Positions 26,577-35,740 of a DNA stretch of 64,000 nt are shown in pieces; position 1 is the first letter of the stretch, and each line of letters starts with the position of its first letter. This DNA comes from Pseudomonadota bacterium. Its GTDB lineage: Bacteria; Pseudomonadota; Alphaproteobacteria; Rhodobacterales; Rhodobacteraceae. Under the pieces are notes generated by a model. It made no database searches. It was given only the letters and a program-made list of their open reading frames with translations, and had not been told where the DNA came from. Made by a program: the position numbers and the translations under genes. The stretch lies in contig JBCCDU010000006.1 in the NCBI GenBank assembly GCA_039030715.1, forward strand, positions 6,331-70,330, written 5' to 3'.

Positions 26577-29005
26577 GCACGCAGCCTTGCGTTCTCCGGG
26601 TCCCACAGCGGCTGATCGGGTTGAACAACCGCCTTCACCCGCTCGCCATAGATCTCCACCTCCAGCTCCGTTCCAGGCTCGGCACAGTCGGTGCGGATCA
26701 CACCGAGCGCGACGGAGGCATCCACGCGATAACCCCAGGCGCCCGAAGTCGTCTCGCCCACATGCTCCTCGCCTTTCCACACATTCGACATGTAGGGCGC
26801 GTCGCAGCCATTAGCCTGGACGATCATGGTCGCGAAGCGTTTGGTCACGCCCTGCTGCTTCTCGCTCATCAGTGCCGCCTTGCCGGGGAAATCCTGCGGT
26901 TTGTCGAGCTTCACGAACCGGTCTAGCCCGCCCTGGAACAGCGTGTAGTCGGTCGAGAGATCGCCCTTCCAAGCCCTGTATCCCTTCTCGATCCGCATCG
27001 AGTTGAGCGCGAACATGCCGAAGGGCGTCGCCCCCGCAGCGCGCACGGCGTCATAGATCGCCGGCATGTCGGCCATGGTCGCGTGGACCTCCCAGCCCAG
27101 TTCACCCGCAAAGCTCACTCGGAACATCCTGCAGGGTTTGCCCGCCACGGTCGCATCCTGGTGGCTGAGCCATGAGAGCGTCAGATCCGCCTCGGCGATG
27201 CCCGCGAAAAGATCACGCGATTTCGGGCCGCAGACGATCAGGGTCGAGAACTCCTCGGTCTGGTCGGTCAGGCTCACCCCTTCCGGCAAGGTCCGCATAA
27301 GCCAGTCGAAATCATGGCTCTGCGCGGGTGCCGCGGTGATCAGGGTGAAGTGATCCTCGCCATGCCGGATTAAAGACATCTCGGTCATGATCCGCCCGCG
27401 GTGGTCAGGGAAATACCCCAGATTCATCCGCCCGGCCTTGGGCAACCCACCCGAGATCTGGCCACGCAGCCATTCCGCGGCGCCTTCTCCTTCTAGATTG
27501 AACCGGCTGAAGCCGGGAAGGTCGAGCACACCGACACCGTCGCGCACCGCCTCGACTTCTTCCTTCACCCGCACCGCCCAGGGGCCGTTGCGCTTCCAGG
27601 TATGGGTCGCCTCCTCCGAGGTGTCGTCGCCGGGCTTGGCGAACCAATTGGCGCGCTCCCACCCGTTATAGGCGCCCATCTGACCGCCTTGCTCGACGAT
27701 CTTCTCATGCACCGGGCTGAGGCGGCGGTCGCGCCCCGCGGGCCATTCGTGATGCGGGAAGTGCATCGAATATTCGTGGCCATAGACCTCCATCGCCTTG
27801 TCGACGCAATACTGATGGTCGATCCATTTGCCAAAGCGGCGCGGGTCGACCGCCCACATATCCCACTCGGTCCCACCATCCACCATCCATTCGGCGAGCA
27901 CCTTGCCCGCCCCGCCCGCCTGGGCGATCCCGAAGGTGAAGACGCAAGCCTCGAACGCGTTCGGTATGCCCGGCATTGGCCCGATCAGGGGCAGCCCGTC
28001 GGGGGCATAGGGGATCGGCCCGTTGATGACCTTATAGACCCCGCTTTCGCCGATCAGCGGCACGCGGGCGATGGCATCCTCGAGATACCACTCCAACCGG
28101 TCGAGATCGTCGGCATAAAGCTGGAAGCTGAAATCCTCCGGCATCGGGTCCTCGGGCGTATGCCAATGCGCGCGGCAGTTGCGCTCGTATGGGCCGAGAT
28201 TGAAGCCGTGCTTCTCCTGACGCAGGTAATAGCTCGAGTCGACATCGCGCAGCAGCGGCAGCTTGCCGCCGGTCTCCTTGGTGCGGCTCACCAGCTCGTC
28301 CATCTCGTCGAACAGGATGTACTGGTGGGACATGGTGGCCATCGGCACCTCGCGCCCGAACCAGCGACCGACCTCCTGCGCGCGATAGCCTGCGGCGTTG
28401 ACCACGTATTCGCAGCGGATGTCGCCTTTCTCGGTCTGGACCAGCCATTCCTTGCCCTGCCGCTCGACCCCCGTAACCGCGCAGAAGCGGACGATCTGCT
28501 GGCCGAGATCGCGCGCGCCCTTGGCGAAAGCCTGCGTGAGCTGTGCCGGGTCCATGTCGCCATCCATGGGATCCCACATTCCGCCTTCGAGGTCATGCGT
28601 CTCCATGAACGGATAGCGGTCCTTCAGATCCTGGATCGAGCACATCTCGAGATCCATGCCCTGATAGCGGCCCATGCCGACGGCGCGTTCGAACTCCTGC
28701 ATCCGCTCCTTGGAATGCGCCAGCCGGATGGAGCCAGTGACGTGATAATTCATCGGGTAGTCCACCCGCTCGGCCAGCTCGCGGTAAAGCTCGGTCGAGT
28801 AGCGCTGCATGTTCATGATCGACCAGGAATTCGAGAAAGTCGGGATGTTCCCCGCCGCATGCCAGGTCGAGCCGGAAGTCAATTCGTTCTTCTCGACCAG
28901 AACACAATCGGTCCAGCCTTTCAGCGCCAGGTGGTAAAGGACCGAGGCGCCGACGGCCCCGCCTCCGATGATGACGACACGTGCGGTGGTTGGGAGATCA
29001 GCCAT
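26573..29005 (-). CDS. GcvT-family FAD-dependent oxidoreductase (dimethylglycine dehydrogenase-like), copy 1
   Basis: IIGGGAVG, GSTWHAAG, INGPIPYAPDG, GWERANWF and a C-terminal aminomethyltransferase domain. Confidence 0.93.
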   Translation of the reverse strand: MADLPTTARVVIIGGGAVGASVLYHLALKGWTDCVLVEKNELTSGSTWHAAGNIPTFSNSWSIMNMQRYSTELYRELAERVDYPMNYHVTGSIRLAHSKERMQEFERAVGMGRYQGMDLEMCSIQDLKDRYPFMETHDLEGGMWDPMDGDMDPAQLTQAFAKGARDLGQQIVRFCAVTGVERQGKEWLVQTEKGDIRCEYVVNAAGYRAQEVGRWFGREVPMATMSHQYILFDEMDELVSRTKETGGKLPLLRDVDSSYYLRQEKHGFNLGPYERNCRAHWHTPEDPMPEDFSFQLYADDLDRLEWYLEDAIARVPLIGESGVYKVINGPIPYAPDGLPLIGPMPGIPNAFEACVFTFGIAQAGGAGKVLAEWMVDGGTEWDMWAVDPRRFGKWIDHQYCVDKAMEVYGHEYSMHFPHHEWPAGRDRRLSPVHEKIVEQGGQMGAYNGWERANWFAKPGDDTSEEATHTWKRNGPWAVRVKEEVEAVRDGVGVLDLPGFSRFNLEGEGAAEWLRGQISGGLPKAGRMNLGYFPDHRGRIMTEMSLIRHGEDHFTLITAAPAQSHDFDWLMRTLPEGVSLTDQTEEFSTLIVCGPKSRDLFAGIAEADLTLSWLSHQDATVAGKPCRMFRVSFAGELGWEVHATMADMPAIYDAVRAAGATPFGMFALNSMRIEKGYRAWKGDLSTDYTLFQGGLDRFVKLDKPQDFPGKAALMSEKQQGVTKRFATMIVQANGCDAPYMSNVWKGEEHVGETTSGAWGYRVDASVALGVIRTDCAEPGTELEVEIYGERVKAVVQPDQPLWDPENARLRA

Positions 29006-29017
29006 GATGTCCTTCCG

Positions 29018-29641
29018 TTAATTGACTACGATACGGGCGGCCAGGCCGCCGAAGACGAGAGCTGCGAGCCGGTTAAGCGTGCGTTGAGACCGTCTGAGCC
29101 ACGCCGAAAAGACGCCTGCCAGGGCGCCGATCGAACCGTCGGTCACAATCCCGCCGGCGCCCAGGATGACGCCCAGCCACAGGGTCTGCTGCCAGACCGG
29201 CCCGATGGCGGGATCAGTGAATTGCGGCAGGAAAGCCAGAACGAACAGCGCAACCTTCGGGTTCAGAATATTGGTGACATAGCCGCGGGTAAAGGCGCGG
29301 CGCATCCGGGCCGCGCCCTTGACCTCCGACGCCTCGGGCTCGGCCTTCCACATCTTCCAGGCGAGATAAAGGAGATAGATTGCACCGATGTAACGCACCG
29401 CATCATAGGCTGCCGGATAGGCGAGGATCAGGGCGCCGAGCCCCGCCGCGGTCAAAGCCACATGGGTCAAAACGCCCATCGAGATACCCGCCGCCGCCGC
29501 AACCCCCGCTCGCGGCCCGCCTGCAGCCCCGCTTGCAATGGTGAACATCATATCGGCGCCCGGTGTGAGATAGAGCACGAAACAGGCGCCCATGAAGGCC
29601 ACCAGGGTCGTCGTCTCGAAGGCGAACAATGTCTCGATCAT
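29018..29641 (-). CDS. LysE/RhtB family exporter
   Basis: LTPGADM and GYVTNILNPKVALF motifs. Confidence 0.9.
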   Translation of the reverse strand: MIETLFAFETTTLVAFMGACFVLYLTPGADMMFTIASGAAGGPRAGVAAAAGISMGVLTHVALTAAGLGALILAYPAAYDAVRYIGAIYLLYLAWKMWKAEPEASEVKGAARMRRAFTRGYVTNILNPKVALFVLAFLPQFTDPAIGPVWQQTLWLGVILGAGGIVTDGSIGALAGVFSAWLRRSQRTLNRLAALVFGGLAARIVVN

Positions 29642-29642
29642 G

Positions 29643-30266
29643 TCAGTACACTGGCGGGGCGATCACCCAGATCGCGACGGCGGGCTCGTCGCCCGGATTG
29701 CGCCAGCGGTAGGGTTGGCCGGTGAAGCGGAAGCTGTCGCCCGGGTTCAAGCGGAACATCTGCTCGCCGATCCAGAGGTCGAGTTGGCCAGAGATCAGAT
29801 ATCCCGCTTCCTCGGTCGGACGCTGGTTTGCCTCCGCCAGTTCCGCGCCAGGCTCAAAGACCGAACGGACGATCTCGAACGATCCGGTCAGATCAGGCGA
29901 GAGAAGCTGTTCGGTCAGCCCGGCCTCGGCCGTGCCCAGCGCACGGCGGGTATCGGCCCGCACGATGAAACCACGCTCCTCCACCGGGCCTTCGCTGGCC
30001 CCGAAGAAAAGCGAAAGCGGTTGGTCCAGCGCGGCGGCCAAGCGGCGCAGATCGGTGATGGTGGGCTCGGTCAGATCACGCTCAACCTCGGACAACCAGC
30101 CGACCGAGCGGGCCACATGCCCGGCAAGTTGGGTCAACGTCAGCCCACGCGCCTTGCGCAGAGCGCGCAGATCCCCGCCGATGCCACCCGCTCGCGCGCG
30201 CTTCCCGCCGCCCTGTGCCGGGCGGGCGGGCGCCGTCGCCTGATCGAATTTGAGGGCCTGATTCAT
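29643..30266 (-). CDS. XRE-family HTH regulator with C-terminal cupin domain
   Basis: LRALRKARGLTLTQLA...SVGWLSEVERD and EEAGYLISGQLDLWIG...GDSFRF. Start set at MNQAL (30266). Confidence 0.9.
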   Translation of the reverse strand: MNQALKFDQATAPARPAQGGGKRARAGGIGGDLRALRKARGLTLTQLAGHVARSVGWLSEVERDLTEPTITDLRRLAAALDQPLSLFFGASEGPVEERGFIVRADTRRALGTAEAGLTEQLLSPDLTGSFEIVRSVFEPGAELAEANQRPTEEAGYLISGQLDLWIGEQMFRLNPGDSFRFTGQPYRWRNPGDEPAVAIWVIAPPVY

Positions 30267-30305
30267 AGGCTGGAACGGGTCTCCAAGGCTCGCGACAAAC
30301 ATATC

Positions 30306-30328
30306 TGAAAAAACAGAGCAAATTTTCA
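30306..30328. promoter_or_regulatory. Candidate operator TGAAAA-N11-TTTTCA
   Basis: Perfect 6-bp AT-rich inverted repeat 40 nt upstream of the XRE-cupin start. Confidence 0.4.
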
Positions 30329-30428
30329 TTCCCGCGTCCAGCCCGAAAACGTCGCGATTGGTCGCTTTCTGACGCAAGGTCCACTCGACAGGCTTGATCA
30401 TGGCGGCAGGCACGTTACGAGAGGGAGT

Positions 30429-30749
30429 ATGACACCCACCTGGTTCCGCGCGCTTAGCCTGTTCATCCTCGTCAACCTGATTGCCGTGCCGATTGCCGAT
30501 CATCTGGCGTGGGACGCGATGCTGCGCCTCAATGCCCGCCATGGACCGCTGATGGCGACCGGGCTTTCGCTGCTGACCGCGGGTGTGATTCTGCTTGTGA
30601 ACATCCTGCTAATCCGCGCAGCCGTGCAGGCAGGTCTGCCCAAGCTGGGCGAGCTGGCGTTGTGGATCGTCACCGGCCTGACCTTTGCCCTGACGATCGG
30701 AACCGGGCGTTTCTCGCCACTGAACTTTCTGGTGACCTTGGCCGGTTAA
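30429..30749 (+). CDS. Hypothetical 3-TM membrane protein
   Basis: 106-aa ORF with SD GAGGGAG and three hydrophobic segments; its stop overlaps the asparaginase stop. Confidence 0.65.
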   Translation: MTPTWFRALSLFILVNLIAVPIADHLAWDAMLRLNARHGPLMATGLSLLTAGVILLVNILLIRAAVQAGLPKLGELALWIVTGLTFALTIGTGRFSPLNFLVTLAG

Positions 30750-31750
30750 GCGAAGAGGTCCGCTGACGCCCGCAGATGACCATGAGCGATGCCCCGGCGA
30801 TTGGTCAGAGGCGTGTCGGCGTAGTTGGCATAGACGGGATGCGCCTTGTCGATGACCCCGTACCGCGCCAAAAGGGCGGCGATTGCAGCCTCCGACCCGC
30901 GGCCTGACCCATCGTCGCATTTCAGCGCGATGCCGATGCCCGGATCGGGCAGAATGGCGATGAAGACGCCCTCCGCCCCGGTCTTGACCACGGCCCGGCC
31001 TTCACAGGCCCGGATCAGCGCAGTGCAGGCACGCCCCTCCCCCGCCACCAGCACGGGATGAGCCGCCATCGCATCGCGCAACCGGGCAGCAGCCTGCGCC
31101 CTGACGCCGCTCAGCACCTGCGGAGCGGCGAACCTTGCAACCGCCGTCGCCAAGCCGCGCACCGTCATCGCAAAGTTCGGGGCGGAGCAGCCATCCACTG
31201 CAAAATCGCTTAGGTCTTCGCCCGCGAGTTCCGCGCTGGCCTGCTTGACCGCTTGCTGCACCGGATGATCGGGGTCGATATACTCCGCCCCACCCCGCAT
31301 GTGCCCGTTCAATGTCAAGAACCCGCAATGCTTGCCCGAGCAGTTGTTGTGGGTCTGGTCCCCCTCACGCACCGCCTGGCGCAGATCGAACCGGGTGTCG
31401 TCATCGTAGGGCGTCTGGGGACCGCATCTCAGGTCTGGCTCTCGCAGATCCAACGTCCCGAGCCAATCGCGCACGAGGTCGGTATGCACCGGCGCGCCCT
31501 GATGCGAGGCACAGGACAACGCCAGATGCGCATCGGTCAACCCCGCGCGCTCGGCAGCGCCGCTTTCGACCAGTGGCAGAGCTTGCAGCATCTTGCAGGA
31601 GGACCGAGGCAGAATCACACGGGCGGGATCGCCCCAGGCCGCAATCACTTCGCCATCCGGGCGGCACACCACGGCAGTGCCCCGATGGACGGATTCCAGC
31701 AAAGGACCGCGCCAGATCTCGGCCAGAACGGGATTGGCGGTGTCGGTCAT
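30746..31750 (-). CDS. Asparaginase (Rhizobium AnsA-type family)
   Basis: RGPLLESVHRG, PRSSCKMLQA, CASHQG, HNNCSGKH, DGCSAPN and VKTGAEGV. Start set at 31750. Confidence 0.9.
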   Translation of the reverse strand: MTDTANPVLAEIWRGPLLESVHRGTAVVCRPDGEVIAAWGDPARVILPRSSCKMLQALPLVESGAAERAGLTDAHLALSCASHQGAPVHTDLVRDWLGTLDLREPDLRCGPQTPYDDDTRFDLRQAVREGDQTHNNCSGKHCGFLTLNGHMRGGAEYIDPDHPVQQAVKQASAELAGEDLSDFAVDGCSAPNFAMTVRGLATAVARFAAPQVLSGVRAQAAARLRDAMAAHPVLVAGEGRACTALIRACEGRAVVKTGAEGVFIAILPDPGIGIALKCDDGSGRGSEAAIAALLARYGVIDKAHPVYANYADTPLTNRRGIAHGHLRASADLFA

Positions 31751-31834
31751 CGGTGCGCCTCGCAACAAGGATCGGATGAGATCTTGTCGCAGCATTCCGC
31801 AGGGATGAAAAGATCCGACAAGTCGTCCCGCGGA

Positions 31835-32566
31835 TCAGGTGGCCTGCAATTCCTCGGCAAAATCGCCGCCCAGTTCGCTGCGCAGCCGTCCGAAAGACAG
31901 CCTTAGCCGGGACTTCACGGTACCAAGCGGAAGCTCCAACCTGGCGGCGATTTCGGCGTGGCTGCAGCCATGGAAGAACGCCAGCCGGATCACGCTTTTT
32001 TGATCCTCCGGCAGGCAGTTCAGGGCCTCGCGGATACGAGAATCGCGGTCCGCGCCGGCCAGGGCCGTCTCGGCACTCTGCGCCGTTTCGGGAACCAGCA
32101 CTGGATCATCCGCGTCCGGTTCAGGCCGCTTTGCGCGCCGGATCATGTCGATCCGCTTGTTGCGCGCGATGGTGAAAATCCAGGTCGCCGCCCCGGCCTT
32201 GGCCGGATCGAAGGTCTCCGCACGACGCCAGAGTGTCACCATAACCTCCTGCGCGGCATCCTCGGCCAGATCGGGCGTAGCACCTGAACGGATCAGCAGC
32301 GCCTTGATGCGCCCGGAATAGCGCGCGAAAAGCGTTGCGAAGGCGGCCTTATCCCGATCAGCGGCGATGGCTTGTATCAGGGTTTCGTCATCCGGCTGGT
32401 CGGCGGCCGAACCGCCCCCACCCGACTTGGCCCCATCGACATCTAGGCGACCATTCATCAGCACGTTCACCGGCCTACCCGCCCCTTGGCTGAGGCTGCC
32501 GTGTCCCTCCGGACCGTGATTTGGCGATGTGCCTTCTTCGTCTGGATCATCGAGCTTTATGGCCAT
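31835..32566 (-). CDS. ECF sigma-70 factor (RpoE/SigK-like); start uncertain (32566 or 32458)
   Basis: Region 2 AEDAAQEV...WIFTIARNKRID and region 4 AEIAARLELPLGTVKSRLR. Confidence 0.88.
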   Translation of the reverse strand: MAIKLDDPDEEGTSPNHGPEGHGSLSQGAGRPVNVLMNGRLDVDGAKSGGGGSAADQPDDETLIQAIAADRDKAAFATLFARYSGRIKALLIRSGATPDLAEDAAQEVMVTLWRRAETFDPAKAGAATWIFTIARNKRIDMIRRAKRPEPDADDPVLVPETAQSAETALAGADRDSRIREALNCLPEDQKSVIRLAFFHGCSHAEIAARLELPLGTVKSRLRLSFGRLRSELGGDFAEELQAT

Positions 32567-32718
32567 GCTGTCATCTCTGATTGACAGTTCACACTGTATC
32601 GCATGTCTGATCAAGATTCGATATGCTCTGCACTGGCAATTGCCCTCGGAGTTGCAGTATGCTCTGATACGCAAATCGGGGTCAGTTCCGATGCAAGACA
32701 TTTCCCGACGGACATCCA

Positions 32719-32749
32719 AGATCCGTGGCGAGATCCGAGGCAAGATCCG
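32719..32749. repeat. Three AGATCCG direct repeats at 12-bp period
   Basis: AGATCCG at 32719, 32731 and 32743, just upstream of ialB. Confidence 0.6.
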
Positions 32750-32773
32750 GTACCGGATATGAGTGAGGCGAGC

Positions 32774-33325
32774 ATGAGAATTTTCGGAAAGATCGGCAGC
32801 AGGTTCGGCTGGGCAGTTGCTGCGGCGACCCTGGCCGTCGGCCTGTCGGTGGGGGCGGGCAGCGCACAGACACAGACCCGTGTCGACGTACAAACCGACT
32901 GGGCAGTTTTCGAAGCGGGCGAGGGAGCATCGAAAGTATGCTGGATCGTATCGTTGCCGGAATCCAAAACCGCGACACGCGGCGGCAAGACTGTCGAGGT
33001 CAATCGCGGCGACATTTTCCTGATGGTTGCCGTGCGCCCTCAGGACGGCGTGAAAAACGAAGTTTCGTTTATCGCGGGCTATCCGTTCAAAAAAGGGTCC
33101 GAGGTTGAAGTCTCGGTCGGCTCCTCGACCTTCAAGATGTTCACCGATGGCGAGAATGCATGGCTGCCATCGGCCAGCGAGGACGCGAACGTCGTCTCAA
33201 GTTTCCGTCGCGGGGCGAAGGCCAAGGTGAAGGGCGTGTCGACCCGGGGGACAACCACTGTCGATACATTCTCGCTGTCCGGTTTCACGGCGGCGATGAA
33301 GTCGGCAAGCAGCCGCTGCGGCTGA
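32774..33325 (+). CDS. ialB: Invasion-associated locus B family periplasmic protein (alternative start 32759)
   Basis: Signal peptide, then DWAVF...CW.VS.P...RGDIFLMV...GYPFK...DTFSLSGFTAA. Confidence 0.85.
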   Translation: MRIFGKIGSRFGWAVAAATLAVGLSVGAGSAQTQTRVDVQTDWAVFEAGEGASKVCWIVSLPESKTATRGGKTVEVNRGDIFLMVAVRPQDGVKNEVSFIAGYPFKKGSEVEVSVGSSTFKMFTDGENAWLPSASEDANVVSSFRRGAKAKVKGVSTRGTTTVDTFSLSGFTAAMKSASSRCG

Positions 33326-33418
33326 GCCAGCCCGGCACTGCGAAAACGCTTTAACCGGGCGCGGCGAACCATCAGCCGCGCCCGTTTTGCGTGAATTGCC
33401 GGCGCAGCATACCTATCT

Positions 33419-34255
33419 ATGGAACAGGCGTTCGCAGCTGGAGACCGGATAATGGACCGCAGCCAACTGATCGAAGAGGCCAAGGCCTTGGCCGCGAGAC
33501 GCGTCACCCCCGCCATGGACATGGATGAGAAAATCGACGTCCTGGAAATGGCGATGATGGAGCTTCTGGACGTCCAGATCATGAAACCGCCCATTGGCCG
33601 GGCGGGCGCCACCGCAAGCGGCGAATTCGATGGCCGCCCCCATGGCAAGTGGCTGATGCATGAGGATCCGCGACTGCCGGAGATGCCAGCTCGCCCGACC
33701 CTGATCGATTTTTTCAAGCTGCGCTTTGCCTATGACACCGTGGGCTACAACCACCTGTTGCAGAGCGCGAAGCTCGCCAAGGACAAGGGCTTGCCGGACA
33801 ACACCGTCTTGGCCTGCCTTCTACATGATGTCTCGGTCGTGGGACTGATCCGCACCGATCACGGTCATTGGGCCGCCCAACTGGTCGAACCCTATGTGGA
33901 CCCCGAGGTGCATTGGGCCATAAAGCACCATCAGGCGCTGCGGTTCCGGCCCGACCCCGAATACGACTATGCCTATCCCAAGACCTATCTGGCTGTCTTC
34001 GGCGGGGACTACGACCCGCCGGATTACGTCAAGGCGGAGTGGGAGTACTGCCGCAATCACGAATGGTATCCCCATGCGATGGCGGTAGTGGTCAACGACC
34101 TCTACTCGTTCGACCCGAATGCCAGGGTCGAGATCGAGGAATTCGAAGATGTGATCGCGCGCAAGTTCCGAACCCCGCCCGAGGGGTTGGGGTTCGACCG
34201 CAGCCCGGTCGCGCATATGTGGCGCACGATCATCTGGCCGAACAATTTCCTCTGA
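33419..34255 (+). CDS. HD-domain metalloprotein
   Basis: NHLLQSA...CLLHD...DHGHWAAQL...IKHHQ...VNDLYSF. Confidence 0.75.
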   Translation: MEQAFAAGDRIMDRSQLIEEAKALAARRVTPAMDMDEKIDVLEMAMMELLDVQIMKPPIGRAGATASGEFDGRPHGKWLMHEDPRLPEMPARPTLIDFFKLRFAYDTVGYNHLLQSAKLAKDKGLPDNTVLACLLHDVSVVGLIRTDHGHWAAQLVEPYVDPEVHWAIKHHQALRFRPDPEYDYAYPKTYLAVFGGDYDPPDYVKAEWEYCRNHEWYPHAMAVVVNDLYSFDPNARVEIEEFEDVIARKFRTPPEGLGFDRSPVAHMWRTIIWPNNFL

Positions 34256-34258
34256 AAT

Positions 34259-35290
34259 CTAGCTGCGCGCGTTCATGGCACGCATCAGGATCGCGCGGTC
34301 GATCTCGCCCACCAGTCGGTTTTCGGCGTCGATCACCGGCAGGGGCGTGTCGGTATCGGCAATCCGCTCGATCAGATTGTCCAGCTTGGCGTCGGCCGCC
34401 ACCGCCTGGCCCTGTGCGTGCAGGGCGCGGGCTTCCTCGCAGCATTCGGCACGCATCACCTTGCCTGCGCTGAGGACCTTGTAGCGCGGCACATCCTCGG
34501 TGAACTCGCGGACATAATCGTCGACAGGGTTGGCGACGATTTCCTCCGGCGTACCGATCTGGCTAACGGCACCATCCTTCATGATGGCGATATGATCGCC
34601 CATCTTGATCGCCTCCAGAAAGTCATGGGTGATGAACACCATTGTTTTCTTCATTTGCGCTTGCAGGCGCAGCAACTCGTCCTGCATCTCGCGCCGGATC
34701 AAGGGGTCGAGGGCCGAGAAGGGCTCGTCGAAAATCAGGATCTCGGGATCCACCGCCATGGCGCGGGCGAGGCCCACCCGCTGCTGCATGCCGCCTGAAA
34801 GCTCGCGGGGATAATTCTGGTCCCAACCGGACAGGCCCACAAGCTCCAGCACCTCCATGGCACGCGCCAGACGTTCATCGCGCCCGGCGCCGCGCACTTC
34901 CAAGCCGAAGGCAATGTTGTCGATCACCTTGCGGTGCGGCAGCAATCCAAAGTGCTGGAACACCATCGACATCCTGTTGCGGCGCAGATCGGTAAGTTCG
35001 GCTACGGACATCTTGGTGACGTCCTGCCCGTCGATCAGCACTTCGCCGCCCGTGGGCTCGATCAGGCGCGAGATGCAACGCACCAGCGTCGACTTGCCGG
35101 AGCCCGAAAGACCCATGACAACGAAGGTTTCTCCCTCGGCCACCTCAAAGCTTACATCCTTGACCGCGATCACATGGCCGGTGCGCTCCTGCACCTCGGC
35201 CCGGTCAGCACTGGCGTCCAGGGTTTGCAGCACCTTCTCGGGCCGCGCGCCAAAGACTTTCCAGACATGTTTGCAATGGATTTTCGACAT
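34259..35290 (-). CDS. proV: Glycine betaine/proline-type ABC transporter ATP-binding subunit
   Basis: [31 protein letters not shown] and ITHD. Start set at 35290. Confidence 0.92.
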   Translation of the reverse strand: MSKIHCKHVWKVFGARPEKVLQTLDASADRAEVQERTGHVIAVKDVSFEVAEGETFVVMGLSGSGKSTLVRCISRLIEPTGGEVLIDGQDVTKMSVAELTDLRRNRMSMVFQHFGLLPHRKVIDNIAFGLEVRGAGRDERLARAMEVLELVGLSGWDQNYPRELSGGMQQRVGLARAMAVDPEILIFDEPFSALDPLIRREMQDELLRLQAQMKKTMVFITHDFLEAIKMGDHIAIMKDGAVSQIGTPEEIVANPVDDYVREFTEDVPRYKVLSAGKVMRAECCEEARALHAQGQAVAADAKLDNLIERIADTDTPLPVIDAENRLVGEIDRAILMRAMNARS

Positions 35291-35419
35291 GCCGGCGGTT
35301 CTCCCCTCGAAGTGCCTGGTCACCATCGGGAACAACAGCCGCCAGGATCAAGGGAAAATTGAGCGATGTCATGGTAACGGATTAGCGAATTTTTCGCTTT
35401 TCTGGCCGATCAGAGCCTG

Positions 35420-35740
35420 ATGAAGACGATCCGTGAGATGCTCTCGGCACCGGCCCTCGCGGTTGCCGCCCTGGCGTTGGCGAGCCCGCTGGCGCTGGCG
35501 TTTCGCCCGGCGGATGGCGACGGTCTGTCCGCCTCGCAGTCAGAACTGCTGGTGATCGCCGCGCCATGGCAGACCGCCGCGTCGATTGTCGATCAGGCGG
35601 GCGGGCTGGTCGTCGCACGCTCGCCACTGCCGTTTCTCGCAGTGTCTTTCCTTCCCAGCCCGGACCATGCCGACAGGCTGCGTCAGGCAGGCGCTTGGCA
35701 GGTGCTGAACGGCGATCTGGGAGATTTCCTATGCATCTGA
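35420..35740 (+). CDS. Small exported or membrane-anchored hypothetical protein coupled to the MCP
   Basis: 106 aa with a hydrophobic N-terminus; ends [20 protein letters not shown] and overlaps the MCP start by 10 nt. Confidence 0.7.
   Translation: MKTIREMLSAPALAVAALALASPLALAFRPADGDGLSASQSELLVIAAPWQTAASIVDQAGGLVVARSPLPFLAVSFLPSPDHADRLRQAGAWQVLNGDLGDFLCI

Noticed and set aside
31035-31050. 16-nt exact match (CCCTCCCCCGCCACCA) to the tRNA 3' end, suggesting an att site
   Set aside because: It is inverted relative to the tRNA, whereas att duplications are direct repeats; it lies inside asparaginase codons (LVAGEG), and no integrase is present.
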